Assembly (NCBI GenBank): GCA_032718475.1
Contig: JAUCBJ010006119.1
Span: forward strand, 1 to 35,460
Origin: Nemertoderma westbladi
Lineage: Eukaryota; Animalia; Xenacoelomorpha
Direction of reading: 5' to 3'
DNA: 35,460 nucleotides
Part shown: in pieces, positions 11,401 through 25,460 of the stretch
How positions within the stretch are numbered: position 1 is the first letter of the stretch
How the letters are laid out: each line of letters opens with the position of its first letter
The notes under the pieces: generated by a model
Told to the model about the DNA's origin: nothing
Databases searched by the model: none
Seen by the model: the letters and a program-made list of their open reading frames with translations, nothing else
Translations under genes and position numbers: made by a program

Positions 11401-14400
11401 AAACCATTTTGTTCTAGAACAAAAAAATAGAAAAAAACTAGCTAATTTGTTTACATTTTTCATTTTTTACTTCCGTATAGGGGTGGTCTATCGTCTCCAG
11501 TCACACACAACCCAAACCAAACCAATCCTTATAGGGGTGGTCATCGTCTCCAGTCACACACAACACAAACCAAACCAATCCGTATAGGGGTGGTCTATCG
11601 TCCCCAGTGACACACAACACAATCCAAACCAATCCTTATAGGGGTGGTCTATCGTCTCCAGTCACACACAACCCAAACCAAACCAATCCTTATAGGGGTG
11701 GTCATCGTCTCCAGTCACACACAACACAAACCAAACCAATCCGTATAGGGGTGGTCTATCGTCCCCAGTGACACACAACACAATCCAAACCAATCCTTAT
11801 AGGGGTGGTCTATCGTCCCCAGTCACACACAACACAAACCAAACCATTTTGTTCTAGAACAAAAAAATAGAAAAAAACTAGCTAATTTGTTTACATTTTT
11901 CATTTTTTACTTCCGTATAGGGGTGGTCTATCGTCTCCAGTCACACACAACCCAAACCAAACCAATCCTTATAGGGGTGGTCATCGTCTCCAGTCACACA
12001 CAACACAAACCAAACCAATCCGTATAGGGGTGGTCTATCGTCTCCAGTCACACACAACACAATCCAAACCAATCCTTATAGGGGTGGTCATCGTCTCCAG
12101 TCACACACAACACAAAACAAACCAATCCATATAGGGGTGGTCTATCGTCTCCAGTCACACACAACACAAACCAAACCAATCCGTATAGGGGTGGTCTATC
12201 GTCTCCAGTCACACACAACACAAAACAAACCAATCCGTAAGGGGGTGGTCTATCGTCCCCAGTCACACACAACACAAACCAAACCAATCCGTATAGGGGT
12301 GGTCTATCGTCCCCAGTCACACACAAACCAAAACAATCCGTATAGGGGTGGTCTATCTTCCCCAGTCACACACAACACAAACCAAACCAATCCGTATAGG
12401 GGTGGTCTATCGTCTCCAGTCACACACAACACAAAACAAACCAATCCGTATAGGGGTGGTCTATCGTCTCCAGTCACACACAACACAAAACAAACCAATC
12501 CGTAAGGGGGTGGTCTATCGTCCCCAGTCACACGCAACACAAACCAAACCAATCCGTATAGGGGTGGTCTAACGTCCCCAGTCACACACAACCCAAACCA
12601 AACCAATCCGTATAGGGGTGGTCTGTCGTCCCCAGTCACACACAACACAAACCAAACCAATCCGTATAGGGGTGGTCTATCTTCCCCAGTCACACACAAC
12701 ACAAACCAAACCAATCCGTATAGGGGTGGTCTATCTTCCCCAGTCACACACAACACAAACCAAACCAATCCGTATAGGGGTGGTCTATCGTCCCCAGTCA
12801 CACACAACACAAACCAAACCAATCCGTATAGGGGTGGTCTATCTTCCCCAATCACACACAACACAAACCAAACCAATCCGTATAGGGGTGGTCTATCGTC
12901 CCCAGTCACACACAACACAAACCAAACCAATCCGTATAGGGGTGGTCTATCTTCCCCAATCACACACAACACAAACCAAACCAATCCGTATATGGGTGGT
13001 CTATCGTCCCCAGTCACACACAACACAAACCAAACCAATCCGTATAGGGGTGGTCTATCGTCCCCAGTCACACGCAACACAAACCAAACCAATCCGTATA
13101 GGGGTGGTCTAACGTCCCCAGTCACACACAACACAAACCAAACCAATCCGTATAGGGGTGGTCTATCGTCCCCAGTCACACACAAACCAAAACAATCCGT
13201 ATAGGGGTGGTCTATCTTCCCCAGTCACACACAACACAAACCAAACCAATCCGTATAGGGGTGGTCTATCGTCTCCAGTCACACACAACACAAACCAAAC
13301 CATTTTGTTCTAGAACAAAAAAATAGAAAAAAACTAGCTAATTTGTTTACATTTTTCATTTTTTACTTCCGTATAGGGGTGGTCTATCGTCTCCAGTCAC
13401 ACACAACACAAACCAAACCAATCCGTATAGGGGTGGTCTATCGTCCCCAGTCACACGCAACACAAACCAAACCAATCCGTATAGGGGTGGTCTAACGTCC
13501 CCAGTCACACACAAACCAAACCAATCCGCATAGGGGTGGTCTATCGTCCCCAGTCACACACAAACCAAAACAATCCGTATAGGGGTGGTCTATCGTCTCC
13601 AGTCACACACAACACAAACCAAACCAATCCGTATAGGGGTGGTCTATCGTCCCCAGTGACACACAACACAATCCAAACCAATCCTTATAGGGGTGGTCAT
13701 CGTCTCCAGTCACACACAACACAAAACAAACCAATCCATATAGGGGTGGTCTATCGTCTCCAGTCACACACAACACAAACCAAACCAATCCGTATAGGGG
13801 TGGTCTATCGTCTCCAGTCACACACAACACAAAACAAACCAATCCGTAAGGGGGTGGTCTATCGTCCCCAGTCACACACAACACAAACCAAACCAATCCG
13901 TATAGGGGTGGTCTATCGTCCCCAGTCACACACAAACCAAAACAATCCGTATAGGGGTGGTCTATCTTCCCCAGTCACACACAACACAAACCAAACCAAT
14001 CCGTATAGGGGTGGTCTATCGTCTCCAGTCACACACAACACAAAACAAACCAATCCGTATAGGGGTGGTCTATCGTCTCCAGTCACACACAACACAAAAC
14101 AAACCAATCCGTAAGGGGGTGGTCTATCGTCCCCAGTCACACGCAACACAAACCAAACCAATCCGTATAGGGGTGGTCTAACGTCCCCAGTCACACACAA
14201 CACAAACCAAACCAATCCGTATAGGGGTGGTCTATCGTCCCCAGTCACACACAAACCAAAACAATCCGTATAGGGGTGGTCTATCTTCCCCAGTCACACA
14301 CAACACAAACCAAACCAATCCGTATAGGGGTAGTCTATCGTCTCCAGTCACACACAACACAAACCAAACCATTTTGTTCTAGAACAAAAAAATAGAAAAA

Positions 14401-17400
14401 AACTAGCTAATTTGTTTATATTTTTCATTTTTTACTTCCGTATAGGGGTGGTCTATCGTCTCCAGTCACACACAACACAAACCAAACCAATCCGTATAGG
14501 GGTGGTCTATCGTCCCCAGTCACACGCAACACAAACCAAACCAATCCGTATAGGGGTGGTCTAACGTCCCCAGTCACACACAAACCAAACCAATCCGCAT
14601 AGGGGTGGTCTATCGTCCCCAGTCACACACAAACCAAAACAATCCGTATAGGGGTGGTCTATCGTCTCCAGTCACACACAACACAAAACAAACCAATCCG
14701 TATAGGGGTGGTCTATCGTCTCAAGTCACACACAACACAAAACAAACCAATCCGTATAGGGGTGGTCTATCGTCTCCAGTCACACACAACACAAACCAAA
14801 CCAATCCGTATAGCGGTGGTCTATCGTCTCCAGTCACACACAACACAAAACAAACCAATCCGTATAGCGGTGGTCTATCGTCTCCAGTCACACACAACAC
14901 AAAACAAACCAATCCGTATAGGGGTGGTCTATCGTCTCAAGTCACACACAACACAAAACAAACCAATCCGTATAGGGGTGGTCTATCGTCCCCAGTCACA
15001 CACAACACAAACCAAACCAATCCGTATAGGGGTGGTCTGTCGTCCCCAGTCACACACAACACAAACCAAACCAATCCGTATAGGGGTGGTCTATCTTCCC
15101 CAGTCACACACAACACAAACCAAACCAATCCGTATAGGGGTGGTCTATCGTCTCCAGTCACACACAACACAAAACAAACCAATCCGTATAGGGGTGGTCT
15201 ATCGTCTCAAGTCACACACAACACAAAACAAACCAATCCGTATAGGGGTGGTCTATCGTCCCCAGTCACACACAACACAAACCAAACCAATCCGTATAGG
15301 GGTGGTCTGTCGTCCCCAGTCACACACAACACAAACCAAACCAATCCGTATAGGGGTGGTCTATCTTCCCCAGTCACACACAACACAAACCAAACCAATC
15401 CGTATAGGGGTGGTCTATCTTCCCCAGTCACACACAACACAAACCAAACCAATCCGTATAGGGGTGGTCTATCGTCCCCAGTCACACACAACACAAACCA
15501 AACCAATCCGTATAGGGGTGGTCTATCTTCCCCAATCACACACAACACAAACCAAACCAATCCGTATAGGGGTGGTCTATCGTCCCCAGTCACACACAAC
15601 ACAAACCAAACCAATCCGTATAGGGGTGGTCTATCTTCCCCAATCACACACAACACAAACCAAACCAATCCGTATATGGGTGGTCTATCGTCCCCAGTCA
15701 CACACAACACAAACCAAACCAATCCGTATAGGGGTGGTCTATCGTCCCCAGTCACACGCAACACAAACCAAACCAATCCGTATAGGGGTGGTCTAACGTC
15801 CCCAGTCACACACAACACAAACCAAACCAATCCGTATAGGGGTGGTCTATCGTCCCCAGTCACACACAAACCAAAACAATCCGTATAGGGGTGGTCTATC
15901 TTCCCCAGTCACACACAACACAAACCAAACCAATCCGTATAGGGGTGGTCTATCGTCTCCAGTCACACACAACACAAACCAAACCATTTTGTTCTAGAAC
16001 AAAAAAATAGAAAAAAACTAGCTAATTTGTTTACATTTTTCATTTTTTACTTCCGTATAGGGGTGGTCTATCGTCTCCAGTCACACACAACCCAAACCAA
16101 ACCAATCCTTATAGGGGTGGTCATCGTCTCCAGTCACACACAACACAAACCAAACCAATCCGTATAGGGGTGGTCTATCGTCCCCAGTGACACACAACAC
16201 AATCCAAACCAATCCTTATAGGGGTGGTCATCGTCTCCAGTCACACACAACACAAAACAAACCAATCCATATAGGGGTGGTCTATCGTCTCCAGTCACAC
16301 ACAACACAAACCAAACCAATCCGTATAGGGGTGGTCTATCGTCTCCAGTCACACACAACACAAAACAAACCAATCCGTAAGGGGGTGGTCTATCGTCCCC
16401 AGTCACACACAACACAAACCAAACCAATCCGTATAGGGGTGGTCTATCGTCCCCCCAGTCACACACAAACCAAAACAATCCGTATAGGGGTGGTCTATCT
16501 TCCCCAGTCACACACAACACAAACCAAACCAATCCGTATAGGGGTGGTCTATCGTCTCCAGTCACACACAACACAAAACAAACCAATCCGTATAGGGGTG
16601 GTCTATCGTCTCCAGTCACACACAACACAAAACAAACCAATCCGTAAGGGGGTGGTCTATCGTCCCCAGTCACACGCAACACAAACCAAACCAATCCGTA
16701 TAGGGGTGGTCTAACGTCCCCAGTCACACACAACACAAACCAAACCAATCCGTATAGGGGTGGTCTATCGTCCCCAGTCACACACAAACCAAAACAATCC
16801 GTATAGGGGTGGTCTATCTTCCCCAGTCACACACAACACAAACCAAACCAATCCGTATAGGGGTAGTCTATCGTCTCCAGTCACACACAACACAAACCAA
16901 ACCATTTTGTTCTAGAACAAAAAAATAGAAAAAAACTAGCTAATTTGTTTATATTTTTCATTTTTTACTTCCGTATAGGGGTGGTCTATCGTCTCCAGTC
17001 ACACACAACACAAACCAAACCAATCCGTATAGGGGTGGTCTATCGTCCCCAGTCACACGCAACACAAACCAAACCAATCCGTATAGGGGTGGTCTAACGT
17101 CCCCAGTCACACACAAACCAAACCAATCCGCATAGGGGTGGTCTATCGTCCCCAGTCACACACAAACCAAAACAATCCGTATAGGGGTGGTCTATCTTCC
17201 CCAGTGACACACAACACAAACCAAACCAATCCGTATAGGGGTGGTCTATCGTCTCCAGTCACACACAACACAAACCAAACCATTTTGTTCTAGAACAAAA
17301 AAATAGAAAAAAACTAGCTAATTTGTTCACATTTTTCATTTTTTACTTCCGTATAGGGGTGGTCTATCGTCTCCAGTCACACACAACACAAACCAAACCA

Positions 17401-20400
17401 ATCCGTATAGGGGTGGTCTATCGTCTCCACACAACACAAACCAAACCAATCCGTATAGGGGTGGTCTATCGTCCCCAGTCACACACAACACAAACCAAAC
17501 CAATCCGTATAGGGGTGGTCTATCGTCCCCAGTCGCACACAACACAAACCAAACCAATCCGTATAGGGGTGGTCATCGTCTCCAGTCACACAAACCAAAC
17601 CAATCCGTATAGGGGTGGTCTATCTTCCCCAGTCACACACAACACAAACCAAACCAATCCGTATAGGGGTGGTCTTTCGTCCCCAGTCACACACAACACA
17701 AACCAAACCAATCCGTATAGGGGTGGTCTATCGTCTCCACACAACACAAACCAAACCAATCCGTATAGGGGTGGTCTATCGTCCCCAGTCACACACAACA
17801 CAAAACAAACCAATCCGTATAGGGGTGGTCTATCGTCTCAAGTCACACACAACACAAAACAAACCAATCCGTATAGGGGTGGTCTATCGTCTCCAGTCAC
17901 ACACAACACAAACCAAACCAATCCGTATAGCGGTGGTCTATCGTCTCCAGTCACACACAACACAAAACAAACCAATCCGTATAGGGGTGGTCTATCGTCT
18001 CAAGTCACACACAACACAAAACAAACCAATCCGTATAGGGGTGGTCTATCGTCCCCAGTCACACACAACACAAACCAAACCAATCCGTATAGGGGTGGTC
18101 TGTCGTCCCCAGTCACACACAATACAAACCAAACCAATCCGTATAGGGGTGGTCTATCGTCCCCAGTCCCACAACACAAACCAAACCAATCCGTATAGGG
18201 GTGGTCTATCGTCCCCAGTCATACACAACACAAACCAAACCAATCCGTATAGGGGTGGTCTATCTTCCCCAGTCACACACAACACAAACCAAACCAATCC
18301 GTATAGGGGTGGTCTATCTTCCCCAATCACACACAACACAAACCAAACCAATCCGTATAGGGGTGGTCTATCGTCCCCAGTCACACACAACACAAACCAA
18401 ACCAATCCGTATAGGGGTGGTCTATCTTCCCCAGTCACACACAACACAAACCAAACCAATCCGTATAGGGGTGGTCATCGTCCCCAGTCACACAACACAA
18501 ACCAAACCAATCCGTATAGGGGTGGTCTATCGTCCCCAGTCACACACAACACAAACCAAACCAATCCGTATAGGGGTGGTCTATCTTCCCCAGTCACACA
18601 CAACACAAACCAAACCAATCCGTATAGGGGTGGTCATCGTCCCCAGTCACACAACACAAACCAAACCAATCCGTATAGGGGTGGTCTATCGTCCCCAGTC
18701 ACACAACACAAACCAAACCAATCCGTATAGGGGTGGTCTATCGTCCCCAGTCACACACAACACAAACCAAACCAATCCGTATAGGGGTGGTCTATCTTCC
18801 CCAATCACACACAACACAAACCAAACCAATCCGTATAGGGGTGGGTCTATCGTCCCCAGTCACACACAACACAAACCAAACCAATCCGTATAGGGGTGGT
18901 CTATCTTCCCCAATCACACACAACACAAACCAAACCAATCCGTATAGGGGTGGTCTATCGTCCCCAGTCACACACAACACAAACCAAACCAATCCGTATA
19001 GGGGTGGTCTATCGTCCCCAGTCACACGCAACACAAACCAAACCAATCCGTATAGGGGTGGTCTAACGTCCCCAGTCACACACAACACAAACCAAACCAA
19101 TCCGTATAGGGGTGGTCTATCGTCCCCAGTCACACACAAACCAAAACAATCCGTATAGGGGTGGTCTATCTTCCCCAGTCACACACAACACAAACCAAAC
19201 CAATCCGTATAGGGGTGGTCTATCGTCTCCAGTCACACACAACACAAACCAAACCATTTTGTTCTAGAACAAAAAAATAGAAAAAAACTAGCTAATTTGT
19301 TTACATTTTTCATTTTTTACTTCCGTATAGGGGTGGTCTATCGTCTCCAGTCACACACAACACAAACCAAACCAATCCGTATAGGGGTGGTCTATCGTCT
19401 CCACACAACACAAACCAAACCAATCCGTATAGGGGTGGTCTATCGTCCCCAGTCACACACAACACAAACCAAACCAATCCGTATAGGGGTGGTCTATCGT
19501 CCCCAGTCACACACAACACAAACCAAACCAATCCGTATAGGGGTGGTCATCGTCTCCAGTCACACAAACCAAACCAATCCGTATAGGGGTGGTCTATCTT
19601 CCCCAGTCACACACAACACAAACCAAACCAATCCGTATAGGGGTGGTCTATCGTCTCCACACAACACAAACCAAACCAATCCGTATAGGGGTGGTCTATC
19701 GTCTCCAGTCACACACAACACAAAACAAACCAATCCGTATAGGGGTGGTCTATCGTCTCAAGTCACACACAACACAAAACAAACCAATCCGTATAGGGGT
19801 GGTCTATCGTCTCCAGTCACACACAACACAAACCAAACCAATCCGTATAGCGGTGGTCTATCGTCTCCAGTCACACACAACACAAAACAAACCAATCCGT
19901 ATAGGGGTGGTCTATCGTCTCAAGTCACACACAACACAAACCAAACCAATCCGTATAGGGGTGGTCTATCTTCCCCAGTCACACACAACACAAACCAAAC
20001 CAATCCGTATAGGGGTGGTCTATCTTCCCCAATCACACACAACACAAACCAAACCAATCCGTATAGGGGTGGTCTATCGTCCCCAGTCACACACAACACA
20101 AACCAAACCAATCCGTATAGGGGTGGTCTATCTTCCCCAGTCACACACAACACAAACCAAACCAATCCGTATAGGGGTGGTCTATCGTCCCCAGTCACAC
20201 AACACAAACCAAACCAATCCGTATAGGGGTGGTCTATCGTCCCCAGTCACACACAACACAAACCAAACCAATCCGTATAGGGGTGGTCTATCGTCCCCAG
20301 TCACACAACACAAACCAAACCAATCCGTATAGGGGTGGTCTATCGTCCCCAGTCACACACAACACAAACCAAACCAATCCGTATAGGGGTGGTCTATCTT

Positions 20401-23400
20401 CCCCAGTCACACACAACACAAACCAAACCAATCCGTATAGGGGTGGTCTATCTTCCCCAATCACACACAAACCAAACCAATCCGTATAGGGGTGGTCTAT
20501 CTTCCCCAATCACACACAACACAAACCAAACCAATCCGTATAGGGGTGGTCTATCGTCTCCAGTCACACACAACACAAAACAAACCAATCCGTATAGGGG
20601 TGGTCTATCGTCTCAAGTCACACACAACACAAAACAAACCAATCCGTATAGGGGTGGTCTATCGTCTCCAGTCATACACAACACAAACCAAACCAAACCA
20701 ATCCGTATAGCGGTGGTCTATCGTCTCCAGTCACACACAACACAAAACAAACCAATCCGTATAGCGGTGGTCTATCGTCTCCAGTCACACACAACACAAA
20801 ACAAACCAATCCGTATAGGGGTGGTCTATCGTCTCAAGTCACACACAACACAAAACAAACCAATCCGTATAGGGGTGGTCTATCGTCCCCAGTCACACAC
20901 AACACAAAACAAACCAATCCGTATAGGGGTGGTCTATCGTCTCAAGTCACACACAACACAAACCAAACCAATCCGTATAGGGGTGGTCTATCTTCCCCAG
21001 TCACACACAACACAAACCAAACCAATCCGTATAGGGGTGGTCTATCTTCCCCAATCACACACAACACAAACCAAACCAATCCGTATAGGGGTGGTCTATC
21101 GTCCCCAGTCACACACAACACAAACCAAACCAATCCGTATAGGGGTGGTCTATCTTCCCCAGTCACACACAACACAAACCAAACCAATCCGTATAGGGGT
21201 GGTCTATCGTCCCCAGTCACACAACACAAACCAAACCAATCCGTATAGGGGTGGTCTATCGTCCCCAGTCACACACAACACAAACCAAACAAATCCGTAT
21301 ATGGGTGGTCTATCGTCCCCAGTCACACAACACAAACCAAACCAATCCGTATAGGGGTGGTCTATCGTCCCCAGTCACACACAACACAAACCAAACCAAT
21401 CCGAATAGGGGTGGTCTATCTTCCCCAGTCACACACAACACAAACCAAACCAATCCGTATAGGGGTGGTCTATCTTCCCCAATCACACACAAACCAAACC
21501 AATCCGTATAGGGGTGGTCTATCTTCCCCAATCACACACAACACAAACCAAACCAATCCGTATAGGGGTGGTCTATCGTCTCCAGTCACACACAACACAA
21601 AACAAACCAATCCGTATAGGGGTGGTCTATCGTCCCCAGTCACACACAACACAAACCAAACCAATCCGTATATGGGTGGTCTATCGTCCCCAGTCACACA
21701 ACACAAACCAAACCAATCCGTATAGGGGTGGTCTATCGTCCCCAGTCACACACAACACAAACCAAACCAATCCGAATAGGGGTGGTCTATCTTCCCCAGT
21801 CACACACAACACAAACCAAACCAATCCGTATAGGGGTGGTCTATCTTCCCCAATCACACACAAACCAAACCAATCCGTATAGGGGTGGTCTATCTTCCCC
21901 AATCACACACAACACAAACCAAACCAATCCGTATAGGGGTGGTCTATCGTCTCCAGTCACACACAACACAAAACAAACCAATCCGTATAGGGGTGGTCTA
22001 TCGTCTCAAGTCACACACAACACAAAACAAACCAATCCGTATAGGGGTGGTCTATCGTCTCCAGTCACACACAACACAAACCAAACCAATCCGTATAGCG
22101 GTGGTCTATCGTCTCCAGTCACACACAACACAAAACAAACCAATCCGTATAGCGGTGGTCTATCGTCTCCAGTCACACACAACACAAAACAAACCAATCC
22201 GTATAGGGGTGGTCTATCGTCTCAAGTCACACACAACACAAAACAAACCAATCCGTATAGGGGTGGTCTATCGTCCCCAGTCACACACAACACAAACCAA
22301 ACCAATCCGTATAGGGGTGGTCTGTCGTCCCCAGTCACACACAACACAAACCAAACCAATCCGTATAGGGGTGGTCTATCTTCCCCAGTCACACACAACA
22401 CAAACCAAACCAATCCGTATAGGGGTGGTCTATCTTCCCCAATCACACACAACACAAACCAAACCAATCCGTATAGGGGTGGTCTATCGTCCCCAGTCAC
22501 ACACAACACAAACCAAACCAATCCGTATAGGGGTGGTCTATCTTCCCCAATCACACACAACACAAACCAAACCAATCCGTATAGGGGTGGTCTATCGTCC
22601 CCAGTCACACACAACACAAACCAAACCAATCCGTATAGGGGTGGTCTATCGTCCCCAGTCACACGCAACACAAACCAAACCAATCCGTATAGGGGTGGTC
22701 TAACGTCCCCAGTCACACACAACACAAACCAAACCAATCCGTATAGGGGTGGTCTATCGTCCCCAGTCACACACAAACCAAAACAATCCGTATAGGGGTG
22801 GTCTATCTTCCCCAGTCACACACAACACAAACCAAACCAATCCGTATAGGGGTGGTCTATCGTCTCCAGTCACACACAACACAAACCAAACCATTTTGTT
22901 CTAGAACAAAAAAATAGAAAAAAACTAGCTAATTTGTTTACATTTTTCATTTTTTACTTCCGTATAGGGGTGGTCTATCGTCTCCAGTCACACACAACAC
23001 AAACCAAACCAATCCGTATAGGGGTGGTCTATCGTCTCCACACAACACAAACCAAACCAATCCGTATAGGGGTGGTCTATCGTCCCCAGTCACACACAAC
23101 ACAAACCAAACCAATCCGTATAGGGGTGGTCTATCGTCCCCAGTCACACACAACACAAACCAAACCAATCCGTATAGGGGTGGTCATCGTCTCCAGTCAC
23201 ACAAACCAAACCAATCCGTATAGGGGTGGTTTATCTTCCCCAGTCACACACAACACAAACCAAACCAATCCGTATAGGGGTGGTCTATCGTCCCCACTCA
23301 CACACAACACAAACCAAACCAATCCGTATAGGGGTGGTCTAACGTCTCCACACAACATAAACCAAACCAATCCGTATAGGGGTGGTCTATCGTCTCCAGT

Positions 23401-25460
23401 CACACACAACACAAAACAAACCAATCCGTATAGGGGTGGTCTATCGTCTCAAGTCACACACAACACAAAACAAACCAATCCGTATAGGGGTGGTCTATCG
23501 TCTCCAGTCACACACAACACAAACCAAACAAATCCGTATAGCGGTGGTCTATCGTCTCCAGTCACACACAACACAAAACAAACCAATCCGTATAGGGGTG
23601 GTCTATCGTCTCAAGTCACACACAACACAAAACAAACCAATCCGTATAGGGGTGGTCTATCGTCCCCAGTCACACACAACACAAACCAAACCAATCCGTA
23701 TAGGGGTGGTCTATCGTCCCCAGTCACACACAACACAAACCAAACCAATCCGTATAGGGGTGGTCTATCGTCCCCAGTCACACACAACACAAACCAAACC
23801 AATCCGTATAGGGGTGGTCTGTCGTCCCCAGTCACACACAACACAAACCAAACCAATCCGTATAGGGGTGGTCTATCGTCCCCAGTCACACAACACAAAC
23901 CAAACCAATCCGTATAGGGGTGGTCTATCGTCCCCAGTCACACACAACACAAACCAAACCAATCCGTATAGGGGTGGTCTATCGTCCCCAGTCACACACA
24001 ACACAAACCAAACCAATCCGTATAGGGGTGGTCTGTCGTCCCCAGTCACACACAACACAAACCAAACCAATCCGTATAGGGGTGGTCTATCTTCCCCAGT
24101 CACACACAACACAAACCAAACCAATCCGTATAGGGGTGGCCTATCGTCTCCAGTTACACACAACACAAAACAAACCAATCCGTATAGGGGTGGTCTATCT
24201 TCCCCAGTCACACACAACACAAACCAAACCAATCCGTATAGGGGTGGTCTATCGTCCCCAGTCACACACAACACAAACCAAACCAATCCGTATAGGGGTG
24301 GTCTATCGTCCCCAGTCACACACAACACAAACCAAACCAATCCGTATAGGGGTGGTCTGTCGTCCCCAGTCACACACAACACAAACCAAACCAATCCGTA
24401 TAGGGGTGGTCTATCTTCCCCAGTCACACACAACACAAACCAAACCAATCCGTATAGGGGTGGTCTATCGTCTCCAGTTACACACAACACAAAACAAACC
24501 AATCCGTATAGGGGTGGTCTATCTTCCCCAGTCACACACAACACAAACCAAACCAATCCGTATAGGGGTGGTCTATCTTCCCCAATCACACACAACACAA
24601 ACCAAACCAATCCGTATAGGGGTGGTCTATCTTCCCCAGTCACACACAACACAAACCAAACCAATCCGTATAGGGGTGGTCTATCGTCTCCAGTTACACA
24701 CAACACAAAACAAACCAATCCGTATAGGGGTGGTCTATCTTCCCCAGTCACACACAACACAAACCAAACCAATCCGTATAGGGGTGGTCTATCGTCTCCA
24801 GTCACACACAACACAAACCAAACCAATCCGTATAGGGGTGGTCTATCGTCTCCAGTTACACACAACACAAAACAAACCAATCCGTATAGGGGTGGTCTAT
24901 CTTCCCCAGTCACACACAACACAAACCAAACCAATCCGTATAGGGGTGGTCTATCGTCTCCAGTTACACACAACACAAAACAAACCAATCCGTATAGGGG
25001 TGGTCTATCGTCTCCAGTCACACACAACACAAACCAAACCAATCCGTATAGGGGTGGTCTATCTTCCCCAGTCACACACAACACAAACCAAACCAATCCG
25101 TATAGGGGTGGTCTATCGTCTCCAGTTACACACAACACAAAACAAACCAATCCGTATAGGGGTGGTCTATCTTCCCCAATCACACACAACACAAACCAAA
25201 CCAATCCGTATAGGGGTGGTCTATCTTCCCCAGTCACACACAACACAAACCAAACCAATCCGTATAGGGGTGGTCTATCGTCTCCAGTTACACACAACAC
25301 AAAACAAACCAATCCGTATAGGGGTGGTCTATCGTCCCCAGTCACACACAACACAAACCAAACCAATCCGTATAGGGGTGGTCTATCGTCTCCAGTCACA
25401 CACAACACAAACCAAACCAATCCGTATAGGGGTGGTCTATCGTCTCCAGTAACACACAAC
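5397..25460. repeat. ~20-kb 54-bp satellite (AACCAAACCAATCCGTATAGGGGTGGTCTATCGTCCCCAGTCACACACAACACA)n, roughly 360 units, LINE-endonuclease derived
   Basis: Periodicity read directly. Shorter and longer indel variants (about 46-59 bp) occur. The 18-codon unit is stop-free in two + frames and one - frame, which explains the many long ORFs. Confidence 0.98.
5992..6056. repeat. 65-bp AT-rich module inserted in satellite units (first of 12 copies)
   Basis: TTTTGTTCTAGAACAAAAAAATAGAAAAAAACTAGCTAATTTGTTTA(C/T)ATTTTTCATTTTTTACT starts at 5992, 6370, 8833, 11407, 11847, 13303, 14372, 15987, 16905, 17283, 19257 and 22894, always at the same unit position (AAACCA^TCCGTATAG). Confidence 0.95.

Noticed and set aside
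5397-25460. CRISPR array or other repeat-spacer system
   Set aside because: No unique spacers, no cas genes, and a eukaryotic context. The 65-bp modules are near-identical to one another.
5397-25460. Telomeric repeat or telomerase product (GT-rich minus strand)
   Set aside because: The array is interstitial, and its A/C skew is inherited from the LINE sense strand.
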